A DNA stretch of 64,000 nucleotides from Desulfamplus sp. Lineage in GTDB: Bacteria > Desulfobacterota > Desulfobacteria > Desulfobacterales > Desulfobacteraceae. The translations under genes and the position numbers were made by a program. How positions within the stretch are numbered: the stretch's first letter is position 1; each line of letters starts with the position of its first letter. Shown here piece after piece: positions 49,121 to 57,746 of this stretch. The stretch covers positions 4,934-68,933 of the forward strand of contig JADFZJ010000018.1 of the NCBI GenBank assembly GCA_015232555.1. The letters are read 5' to 3'. The notes below the pieces were generated by a model that ran no database searches, had not been told where the DNA came from, and saw nothing but the letters and a program-made list of their open reading frames with translations.

Positions 49121-51640
49121 TCACAACACACTGGCAACTGCTCTTGACAACTGTTCTATTGAATAGGGCTTTTTGAGGTATCCCCCTATACCCATCTGAC
49201 AAGCCATTTTCACATCTTCGCTTTCTGAAAAACCACTTGCAATAATTGCCTTTTGTAGTGGATTTGTCTGAACAATCTGCTCATAGGTCTCACGTCCATT
49301 TATCCCTGGTGCCATTATCATATCAAGCAATACCATATCAACTCTATTGGACTTTAGATACTCTACAGCCTTTTCTCCTGACTCTACACTAACTACTTCA
49401 TAATTCAAAATAGTGAGCATACGGGTAGCAACATCAATCTGACAAGGTTCATCATCAACCACAAGAATCTTCTGTCCATTGCCCCGTAACAGTTCTACGT
49501 TTTTTGAATATCTCTCTTTTTTGTCATTACTGTTTATCTTATCCAAAGATGCAGGCTCAATTGAGGGAAAATAGAGATCAAATGATGTTCCATTGCTGCT
49601 GCTTTTGACAACAATTGTGCCATTGTGATCTTGAACAGTATTCCATACAACAGTAAGCCCAAGCCCTGTTCCGCTTTTACCCATGACTTTTCTGGTGTAG
49701 AACGGCTCAAAAATATGTTTAAGATCGTTATCAGATATCCCCTTACCAGTATCAGTGACATTAAGAACAGTATAAGTCCCCTGTGCTACTCCTTTAGATG
49801 TGGCATCTTCTTCATCAATAAGCTCGTTGCGAGTAGAAATTGAAACGCTACCTAAACCGTTAATAGATTCTTCCGCATTCATCATAAGATTCATTATGGT
49901 TTTTATGATATGAATCCCTGAACAGGATATGCTGGCACAATCAGGAGCAAGATGCGTGTTATACTCAACACTGAAATTAGACTCTTGCAGCTTCTGAAAC
50001 TCAGGAGAATCAAGATATTGTAGAATAAGTTCATTCAAATTTTCGATATTTCTGCTGTTTGCCGCACCTCGTGCAAGGGTAAGAAGATCAGCCACTACTG
50101 AGGCCGCTCTCTGCCCTGACTCCATCATAGCTCTTACAGGCGGTTCAAGATCACTCCCTTCAGGAAGCTGCATTAGAATAATTTCAGGATAACCGATAAC
50201 GCCAGATAGAATATTATTGAGATCATGTGCAACACCAGCAGCAAGCACTCCAACCGCCTCCATTTTTTCTGCCCTATGAAGACGCTTTTGACTCTCAATA
50301 AGTTCAGATGTTCTCTGTTCAACCTTCTCTTCAAGATCGTTTACAAGAGAGTCAATACGCATTGCCATTAAATTAAATGTACGGTTAAGTTGCCCCAGTT
50401 CGTCTGAGCCATCTTCATCAGAAGATATTTTCACATTTTCAGAAGAGCCACCACCCATTTTGGGGGGTTCATCTGTGTTATTTATAGGAAATTGCATATT
50501 ATTCTGTCTAAAGGCTGCCGCCATATCTGTCAAAGCTGTTACTCGTTTTGTGATGCTGACATTTAGAATCTGAAAAATTAATATAGCAAAACAGATACCT
50601 ATAAAAGTTACCATAGTTATAATTGCAGTTGAGACAAGATAAGAATTAGTGATTCCCGCACTCGATTTCTTTAACTCCTCTTCCGCAAGTTTTACAAGGG
50701 TTTTGGAAATAAGATCGACAGCATCAGCCTGAATGGAAAAGTCATTCATTTTACCTTTGAGTTGTACATCAACTGAAACTATCTCTTCAGCAATCTTAAG
50801 CCACTGTTCAGTAAGATCAATCAGCTTTTGACGCTGCACTTGATTGATGTAGATAGAATTGAAAATCTCATCTTTAAGTGTAAAAGCCAAATTAAAGGCA
50901 GACTGCATTAAAAAACGCTGGCGGCTTATTCGATATTTAAAACCTAAAATGTTGATCTGATAAGCTAACTGCTTCATATAGCTCACTTTTGAATCAATAT
51001 CAGAAGAAGTGGTTTTAGTATTAAATTCAGATGTCAGAGTGTCAAATTCAGAGAGAATATTCTCAAAACAGCGGTCAAAGCGTGCCTCCAGCCCCTTTTC
51101 TGGCAGAAACAACTGTGTTGCCAATTTTACAGATTCAAGGGTTGTCTCTGAAAAACGGTTCGCAAAGGAGAGATAACGATTGAGATCAATATGTTTTTTT
51201 TCAAGAGTTGGCTTGATGTTGACAATTGGTTCTATGTAGGAGCTTTTCCGATGTTCTAAATCAGATGTTGAGAGCATCGCTTTTAACATCAAGCTATCCT
51301 TTAGCACCCGTTCAATCTCTTTTATTGATGGCTCAACATACTTTTTACGTGCATTTTCAAAGCCAATCAGATGCTGTATAAGAAAAAATGTGTTAGTAAG
51401 TCTCCTTGCTCTCTCCATACCTCTGTCCATCTCAAGGACTAACTGCTGTATCTTACCGCTAAAGTGAATGGATCGTTCCGCATTTGATACTGAACGTAAG
51501 GCAATATAACCTGTCAGAGCCACAATGATTATTAAAATCAGTAACAGTCCAAAAGCAATGCCAAACTTGTAAGAGATATTCATCCTTTGCCATATTGACT
51601 TGGTTACTGACCAACGTGTTATAGATTTAGCAGAACGCAT
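49121..51640 (-). CDS. hybrid sensor histidine kinase (TM-HAMP-HisKA-HATPase-REC)
   Basis: AAGVAHDLNNIL, IFEPFYTRK...GTGLGL and VLLDMIMAPG; start possibly ATG at 51583. Confidence 0.92.
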   Translation of the reverse strand: MRSAKSITRWSVTKSIWQRMNISYKFGIAFGLLLILIIIVALTGYIALRSVSNAERSIHFSGKIQQLVLEMDRGMERARRLTNTFFLIQHLIGFENARKKYVEPSIKEIERVLKDSLMLKAMLSTSDLEHRKSSYIEPIVNIKPTLEKKHIDLNRYLSFANRFSETTLESVKLATQLFLPEKGLEARFDRCFENILSEFDTLTSEFNTKTTSSDIDSKVSYMKQLAYQINILGFKYRISRQRFLMQSAFNLAFTLKDEIFNSIYINQVQRQKLIDLTEQWLKIAEEIVSVDVQLKGKMNDFSIQADAVDLISKTLVKLAEEELKKSSAGITNSYLVSTAIITMVTFIGICFAILIFQILNVSITKRVTALTDMAAAFRQNNMQFPINNTDEPPKMGGGSSENVKISSDEDGSDELGQLNRTFNLMAMRIDSLVNDLEEKVEQRTSELIESQKRLHRAEKMEAVGVLAAGVAHDLNNILSGVIGYPEIILMQLPEGSDLEPPVRAMMESGQRAASVVADLLTLARGAANSRNIENLNELILQYLDSPEFQKLQESNFSVEYNTHLAPDCASISCSGIHIIKTIMNLMMNAEESINGLGSVSISTRNELIDEEDATSKGVAQGTYTVLNVTDTGKGISDNDLKHIFEPFYTRKVMGKSGTGLGLTVVWNTVQDHNGTIVVKSSSNGTSFDLYFPSIEPASLDKINSNDKKERYSKNVELLRGNGQKILVVDDEPCQIDVATRMLTILNYEVVSVESGEKAVEYLKSNRVDMVLLDMIMAPGINGRETYEQIVQTNPLQKAIIASGFSESEDVKMACQMGIGGYLKKPYSIEQLSRAVASVL

Positions 51641-51660
51641 AAGATTTTTCTCTCTATTTT

Positions 51661-51716
51661 ATTATTCAGGAATTTCAATCAACACTAATTGTAGCGAAAC
51701 TGCTTATATTCTGATA
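51661..51716 (+). repeat. dispersed ~55-bp repeat, copy 4
   Basis: ATTATTCAGGAATTTCAATCAACACTAATTGTAGCGAAACTGCTTATATTCTGATA. Confidence 0.85.
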
Positions 51717-51731
51717 TGTAATTTAGAGGTT

Positions 51732-53135
51732 TTATTCAGAAGTGTTTGGATTATAAACAAAGATAACATTGGACTGAAGGGCTTCAACCCCGCCATTCGG
51801 CTCATCTAACCGAAGCACATTAAAAACAGGATATGCACAATCACCAAAAAGATCGCAGTTAAGTGAACCGCTGACTCCTTCAATCTCTCGTCCATGATAG
51901 AGAGCATCTCTTAACGCCTGCCTTCCAATGCGTAAAGTTCCATCTTTTTCCTTGGAAGATGCAGCTTCAATTGCCTTGAAAAGCAGCATTGCAGCATCAA
52001 ATGCACATAAATAGTAACTTGTAGAAGGAAACTCACCATATTTTTTAGTATAGCTGACTTTAATATTGTTGGTGCCAATTCCCCTACAGTATGAAGGTCC
52101 TACAAAATAGACTCCCTTTCCATAATCTTTTACACTTTGGATAAACGAGTTTTCAATTAGTGCCCCATCAGTCATCATTATAATCTTTTCCATGCCAGCA
52201 GTTTTTTTAGCTTGAATCAAAAGATGATTCCCTTCAGGCTGAAACAGCGGAAAGAATACAAATTCTGCACCAGAGAGCTTAACAGCCTCTATAACTGGCT
52301 GCATCTCTTTATCTCCTTTATTAATGGCAGCATCAAGCACAACATCTCCTCCAAGCTGTTTAAAGGCATTGATAAATCCAATCGTCATGCCAGTGGTGTA
52401 GATATCTCCATCATTGATTGTAGCAGCCTTTTTAACTTTAAGTTCATGCCATGCAAAAATGGCAGCAGCTTTACCTGCATGTTCATCGTTGGCAGCAGTT
52501 CTGAAATAACCAGCCTGCCAGTGAGTTGCCCTTTTTCCATTTACAGAGGTGAGAAACTGAGCACTGTTGTTTCCCGAAATCATCGTAAGACCAGCCTTGC
52601 TCATAATTTTTGAGGCTGTGACTGCCGAACCTGAACAGGTAGTTCCAAAAATGGCTATTGTCTGCGGGTCCGCGATAACCTTTAAAGCGGCATTTGCACC
52701 ACCTTCGGGTGTACATCCGCTATCTTCAATCTGAAGCGAAATCGGGTGGTTGGCTATTGTGTTGTTCCATCTCTCCATTGCAAGTTCAAGCCCCCGTATC
52801 TGCTCCTGCCCTAAAGGAGCAATATCTCCGCTCAATGCCTGAAGCACGGCTATTTTGAATGGCTCACCCTCATTAAGATAGACACATCCTATGGTATCTG
52901 TGCATTCGGAAGTTTTAGAATCATTGGTTGCATTAATTTTGTCACATCCTGAAAATAACAAAAACTGAAATACAAAGAAAATAATCAGTTTCGCTACAAT
53001 TATTGTTGGATTGAACTTCCTAAACAAAAACATAATCAGCTTTGCTGTAATTATTGTTGGGTTGAAACTCCTAAACAAAAAAAATAAAAAATATATACAT
53101 ACAAAACAAAATTTTTGAGGTGGTGCTTCCTGCAT
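51732..53135 (-). CDS. branched-chain amino acid type (LivJ-like) solute-binding lipoprotein with repeat-expanded signal peptide
   Basis: GGAGGAAAA-ATG at 53135, lipobox LFSGC at residues 60-64, EDSGC, GTTCSGSA, YFRTAAND and AFDAA. Confidence 0.87.
   Translation of the reverse strand: MQEAPPQKFCFVCIYFLFFLFRSFNPTIITAKLIMFLFRKFNPTIIVAKLIIFFVFQFLLFSGCDKINATNDSKTSECTDTIGCVYLNEGEPFKIAVLQALSGDIAPLGQEQIRGLELAMERWNNTIANHPISLQIEDSGCTPEGGANAALKVIADPQTIAIFGTTCSGSAVTASKIMSKAGLTMISGNNSAQFLTSVNGKRATHWQAGYFRTAANDEHAGKAAAIFAWHELKVKKAATINDGDIYTTGMTIGFINAFKQLGGDVVLDAAINKGDKEMQPVIEAVKLSGAEFVFFPLFQPEGNHLLIQAKKTAGMEKIIMMTDGALIENSFIQSVKDYGKGVYFVGPSYCRGIGTNNIKVSYTKKYGEFPSTSYYLCAFDAAMLLFKAIEAASSKEKDGTLRIGRQALRDALYHGREIEGVSGSLNCDLFGDCAYPVFNVLRLDEPNGGVEALQSNVIFVYNPNTSE
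52981..53082 (-). repeat. dispersed repeat, copies 5 and 6 (two tandem 51-bp units, in frame)
   Basis: ATAATCAGTTTCGCTACAATTATTGTTGGATTGAACTTCCTAAACAAAAAC and ATAATCAGCTTTGCTGTAATTATTGTTGGGTTGAAACTCCTAAACAAAAAA are reverse complements of the consensus. Confidence 0.88.
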
Positions 53136-53431
53136 TTTTCCTCCAGACATATTATGATTTTTTATTAATTTATATGACTTTATAAGTTTATAAATTTGAT
53201 ATCCGTAACATAACAACTATATTTTTACAAGTCTATTTTTTTATACTTAATTAAATAATTTACCCCCCCCCATGAGACAAATGTAACGACGATTATCATA
53301 CTTATTGTATAAAATATCATACATAACAGTTTCATAAACCTATCTCTCTATCTTCAAATATTACTTGAGAGAAAACGATCTGTTTGGTAGTAATATCCCC
53401 CGATCTCATAACAGCAAGAAGTAATTTTTTT

Positions 53432-53487
53432 ATTATTCAGGAATTTCAATACAACAATAATTACAATGAAGCTGCTTATTTTCTAAT
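53432..53487 (+). repeat. dispersed ~55-bp repeat, copy 7
   Basis: ATTATTCAGGAATTTCAATACAACAATAATTACAATGAAGCTGCTTATTTTCTAAT. Confidence 0.82.
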
Positions 53488-53527
53488 AAGATTCAGGAGT
53501 AATTACTAAAGATAGGAAGAGATAATT

Positions 53528-54355
53528 ATGGAGAGGGATAAATATAAGGAGTCTGTTATTGAAACAGTCTTCTTTTTAAAAAATAGAGGTGTTCAAACAC
53601 CTCCAATTGCATTTTTAACAGGTACAGGACTTGGAAACAGCACGGCTTCAATGAATATTGCTGCAAAATTCAGATATAGTGATATTCCAAATTTTCCAGT
53701 ATCAACCGTAGAGACGCATCAAGGAGAACTGCTGTTTGGAACAATGTGCAATAAAAATATTATGGTAATGCAGGGAAGATTTCACCTTTACGAAGGTTAT
53801 TCCCCCCTGGAGGTTACATTTCCAATAAGGGTAATGCAAGAGCTTGGAGTTAAATATCTTGTTATCAGCAACGCCTCTGGAGGTCTTAATCTTAATTTTT
53901 CAACTGGAGATGTAATGGTTATCAGCGACCATATAAATTTGAGTGGTCATAATCCATTAATTGGTAGAAATATTGACGAGTGGGGAATAAGATTTCCTGA
54001 TATGACAGAAGTTTATGACAAGCAGCTTGCAAAAATGGCTATCAATGCATCACAAAAAGCAGCCATACCAGTTCAGCAGGGAGTCTACGCAGGGCTTTGC
54101 GGACCTTCTCTTGAAACTCCTGCTGAAACCCGTTTTCTTAAAACTATCGGGGCAGATGCAGTTGGATTTTCAACGGTAATAGAGGCAATTGCAGGGATTC
54201 ATGCTGGAATGAAAATACTTGGACTTGCAACTATTACAAATATCAATAATCCTGATGCTCCTGAAAAGGCAACTATTGAAGATATTATAAAAACAGCCAA
54301 TCAAGCTTCTATACATGTAAATACTATATTAAAAGGCATCCTTGAAAAAATTTAG
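53528..54355 (+). CDS. punA: purine nucleoside phosphorylase (trimeric PunA/XapA type)
   Basis: GTGLG, MQGRFHLYEGY, SNASGG, DHINL and GPSLETPAE. Confidence 0.92.
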   Translation: MERDKYKESVIETVFFLKNRGVQTPPIAFLTGTGLGNSTASMNIAAKFRYSDIPNFPVSTVETHQGELLFGTMCNKNIMVMQGRFHLYEGYSPLEVTFPIRVMQELGVKYLVISNASGGLNLNFSTGDVMVISDHINLSGHNPLIGRNIDEWGIRFPDMTEVYDKQLAKMAINASQKAAIPVQQGVYAGLCGPSLETPAETRFLKTIGADAVGFSTVIEAIAGIHAGMKILGLATITNINNPDAPEKATIEDIIKTANQASIHVNTILKGILEKI

Positions 54356-54364
54356 GGAGAAAAG

Positions 54365-55636
54365 ATGAGTCAAATCGTATTAATAAATATCAGCGGGAAA
54401 GACAGAAAAGGTATTAACTGCCGTTTTACAAGCATTCTTGCACAGTACAACGTAAATATTTTGGATATAGGGCAATCTGTAATCCATGAGAATATTCTGC
54501 TTGGCATACTTGTAGAGATTCCTGTTGAGAGTGATTTTCCAGCCATATTCAAGGATATTCTGTTTGAAGGTTACAAACTCTCCTTGCATATTGATATTGA
54601 GGCTGTTCAAAAGGAGGATTATCAAAAATGGGTCGGTTCTCAGGGGCGAGAGAGGAGAATCATAACCCTTTTAGGAAAAAAACTTACAGCACTTCAGATA
54701 GCACGAGTCACGTCAGTTATTGCAGATAAAAACCTGAATATTGATAATATTTCACGCCTTACGGGTCGTATCTCTTTAGATAAAAGCAGAGAGCAGCAGC
54801 ATACAGATAATAAAGAAGAAAATCACAACACCAGCACACCCTCCAGAGCATGTATTCAACTTGCAGTTAGCGGCAAGCCATCAAGCATAAAATCAATGAG
54901 AGGAGATTTTATGCAGATATCGCAGGAGACAGGTATTGATATCTCTTTTCATATCGACAATATCTACAGCAAAAACAGAAAACTTGTAGTTTTTGATATG
55001 GACTCAACCCTTATTCAGGCTGAAGTTATTGACGAGCTTGCAAAGATGGCAGGAGTTGGAAATAAAGTGGCGGCAATCACTGAATCTGCCATGAGAGGAG
55101 AGATTGATTTTAAGGAGAGTTTCCGCAAAAGAGTGGCTCTGCTCAAAGGCTTAAAAGCTGAACAACTTGAAAATCTTGCCCAGACTCTGCCTCTGTCAGA
55201 AGGGGTTGAGCTTGTAACTAAAACGCTTAAAGAGCTTGGCTATAAATTAGGAATACTTTCAGGTGGATTTACCTTTGTAGGCAACTATTTAAAAGAGAAA
55301 CTAAATTTTGACTATCTTTACGCCAACAGGCTCGAAATCTCAAACGGCGAAGTTACAGGCGAAGTTACAGGCGAAATCATTGACGGAGAGCGAAAGGCAC
55401 AACTTCTCAGAGAAATTGCAGCAAAAGAGAATATATCAATTGAGCAGACAATAGCGGTCGGAGATGGTGCAAACGATCTTCCAATGATAACGATAGCTGG
55501 TCTTGGCGTAGCTTATAATGCAAAACCTCTTGTTCGGGAAAAAGCTGCAAGCAATATTTCAAATGTGGGACTTGATGGACTTCTCTATTTTATTGGTATG
55601 CGTGATAGGGAAATCAACAGGGTACATAACAGTTGA
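54365..55636 (+). CDS. serB: phosphoserine phosphatase with two ACT domains
   Basis: Two ACT domains, FDMDSTLIQAEVIDELA, LSGGF and AVGDGANDL. Confidence 0.95.
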   Translation: MSQIVLINISGKDRKGINCRFTSILAQYNVNILDIGQSVIHENILLGILVEIPVESDFPAIFKDILFEGYKLSLHIDIEAVQKEDYQKWVGSQGRERRIITLLGKKLTALQIARVTSVIADKNLNIDNISRLTGRISLDKSREQQHTDNKEENHNTSTPSRACIQLAVSGKPSSIKSMRGDFMQISQETGIDISFHIDNIYSKNRKLVVFDMDSTLIQAEVIDELAKMAGVGNKVAAITESAMRGEIDFKESFRKRVALLKGLKAEQLENLAQTLPLSEGVELVTKTLKELGYKLGILSGGFTFVGNYLKEKLNFDYLYANRLEISNGEVTGEVTGEIIDGERKAQLLREIAAKENISIEQTIAVGDGANDLPMITIAGLGVAYNAKPLVREKAASNISNVGLDGLLYFIGMRDREINRVHNS

Positions 55637-55686
55637 CTTTATAATTACGTAAATATATATATCACAAATACGCAATCCATATTAGA

Positions 55687-55709
55687 CGTTAGATATAATA
55701 TATATCTAA
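55687..55709. promoter_or_regulatory. perfect 10-bp palindrome upstream of the Lys-rich wHTH gene
   Basis: CGTTAGATAT-AAT-ATATCTAACG. Confidence 0.55.
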
Positions 55710-55766
55710 CGCAGCTTAACGTGAAATATCATTAATAATATCAAGACAATAAAGGAATAGAGAAAA

Positions 55767-56264
55767 ATGAAAATTGAAATCAAAATTGAACTTGACAAAA
55801 ATTCACAGGAATTGATTCAGACTACGTTAAACAAAGTTGCAGAAAATCTCGTTGGATTTGTGAATATGTTTGAGAAATTTACTATTAAAACAGAAAATAT
55901 TGTTGCAAAAAAAGACGATATTAGTGCGGAAAAACAGACAAAAAAGACAGAATCTGGTTCTACTAAAGATAGTATTAACGTTGCTACAAAGCCTGAATCT
56001 AAACAGCCAGAGCCAGCAAAGACGACTAAAAAGAGCACAGTTACTAAAAGCAAAGTCTCTAAAACTACAGCTAACAGCAAAAACAAGAAGACCTCTTTAG
56101 AGATAGTTTTAAACACGATTAAAAAAAGAGGCGGTATTAATGTTGAAGATTTGAAAAAAGAGACTGGTTTTACTGCCAGAAAAGTTGCAGATGCTGTTTA
56201 CAGATTAAAAAAGACAGGCAAAATTGATAAAACTGATGAAGGGCTTTATGTTCCGATTGGGTAA
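55767..56264 (+). CDS. Lys/Thr-rich protein with C-terminal winged-helix-like domain
   Basis: Low-complexity KT/KS linker, then LEIVLNTIKKRGGINVEDLKKETGFTARKVADAVYRLKKTGKI...GLY. Confidence 0.7.
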   Translation: MKIEIKIELDKNSQELIQTTLNKVAENLVGFVNMFEKFTIKTENIVAKKDDISAEKQTKKTESGSTKDSINVATKPESKQPEPAKTTKKSTVTKSKVSKTTANSKNKKTSLEIVLNTIKKRGGINVEDLKKETGFTARKVADAVYRLKKTGKIDKTDEGLYVPIG

Positions 56265-56336
56265 AAAAATTCAAACCACTTTTTTAAAAGCTCAACATTG
56301 ACTGACAACCAAGGTTTATAAAGTTCAAGGAATTTT

Positions 56337-57572
56337 ATGAAAAATCAAAAAATTTACAGGCAATTACAAGAACATCTAAATAAGATGCCCGTTGGTTTTC
56401 CTGCTACTAAATCAGGAGCAGACATAAAGCTGTTAATGAGCATTTTCACACCTGAAGAGGCAAAAATAGCCCGTTTTTTAACCTATAAACTTGAAAATAT
56501 TGAACAGATTTTTGATAGGTTAAAACAGTCATCATCAACTATTATCGAATCCCACGAACACCTTACAAAAATACTTGATCGAATTCAGAAAAAAGGCGGG
56601 ATTGAGTCAAAGATAAAAGATGGAGTGCGATATTATTGCAATGCCCCGCTTGTAGTAGGGATATACGAAATGCAGGTAAACCGCCTTACACCTGAATTTT
56701 TAGAAAATTTTAATCAATATAGTAGTGATATTAACTTTGCCCTTGAGTTTTTAAGCACTAAAAAACCGCAGATGCGGACTATTCCAATTCAAAAAAGTAT
56801 CACCTCGACTAACCATGTCAGCCATTTTGATGAGGTAGTAAAGCTATTTGAAAACGCGGAATCGCCATTTGTTGTTCTTGAGTGTATATGTCGTAAAAAA
56901 AGAGCACTTGAAGAAAAACCCTGTAAAGTTACTAACAGACAAGAGACTTGTATTGCTGTTGGAGAATTTGCATCTACTGCTCTTTTAATGAATATAGGAC
57001 GAGAAATCAGCAGAGATAATGCAATTTCCATAATTGAGCAAAACCAGAAAGAGGGGTTAGTGCTTCAACCATCTAATACTGAAAAGATTGAGTTTATCTG
57101 CTCCTGCTGTGGCTGTTGCTGCGGAATGCTGAGTATCCATAAGATGCTTCCCATACCTGTTGAGTTCTGGTCTTCAAATTTTTATGCGGTCGTAGATTCT
57201 AATGCCTGCAATGGCTGCGGCGTGTGCGAAAGAAGGTGTCAGGTAGGGGCTGTAAAAATTGTGGATAAGTCTTCCCAAAAAATTCGGCTGACACGCTATG
57301 GTAAAGAGTATGTCTCTCCCGAAGGCTCTGCTAAAGCTGTTGTTGATCTCAATGTCTGTATAGGATGCGGTTTATGTGTTCCAACATGTTCTAAAAAAGC
57401 GGTTTCACTTGTAAAGAAGGGTGAAGAGACAAAGCCCCCGCTTAATAGAGAAGAACTTTATGAGGTAATCATGTCACACAAGCAGGGAACTCTCGGACGA
57501 CTGAAAACAGCAGGACGACTTGTTAAAGGTATGATTAAGACGGGCAACACCTCTTTACTTAAAAAACCGTAA
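56337..57572 (+). CDS. 4Fe-4S binding protein
   Basis: ECICR, ICSCCGCCCG and two CxxCxxCxxxC ferredoxin motifs. Confidence 0.87.
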   Translation: MKNQKIYRQLQEHLNKMPVGFPATKSGADIKLLMSIFTPEEAKIARFLTYKLENIEQIFDRLKQSSSTIIESHEHLTKILDRIQKKGGIESKIKDGVRYYCNAPLVVGIYEMQVNRLTPEFLENFNQYSSDINFALEFLSTKKPQMRTIPIQKSITSTNHVSHFDEVVKLFENAESPFVVLECICRKKRALEEKPCKVTNRQETCIAVGEFASTALLMNIGREISRDNAISIIEQNQKEGLVLQPSNTEKIEFICSCCGCCCGMLSIHKMLPIPVEFWSSNFYAVVDSNACNGCGVCERRCQVGAVKIVDKSSQKIRLTRYGKEYVSPEGSAKAVVDLNVCIGCGLCVPTCSKKAVSLVKKGEETKPPLNREELYEVIMSHKQGTLGRLKTAGRLVKGMIKTGNTSLLKKP

Positions 57573-57746
57573 TAATCATTGTTTTTTAAATCTATAACCA
57601 TTGATTTTAACATAAAATAGTGCCAATACCCAAAAAATATTCCTAAATTTTAGCAATCAACTTGCCTGTAGAGCTGGTTTCATATCCCGGTAAAAGAGCC
57701 AGCTCTTCTCTAAATGCTTTAGTCTGTAATATATCCAGGAAATGTA

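Noticed and set aside
52981-53082. CRISPR array (repeat contains GGATTGAAA, like some CRISPR repeat ends)
   Set aside because: The two units are directly adjacent with no unique spacer, other copies are solitary, and no cas genes are present.
53263-53271. C9 tract as a phase-variable promoter element
   Set aside because: Intergenic, shorter, and not clearly between -35 and -10 boxes; no supporting evidence.
53708-53720. GTAGAGACGCAT in punA as a third REP copy
   Set aside because: Only the left arm matches, and it falls on the conserved STVxxHxG motif of PNP; probably coincidence.
57570-57590. Fur/PerR box upstream of katA
   Set aside because: AATAATCATTGTT matches only half of the consensus in very AT-rich DNA.
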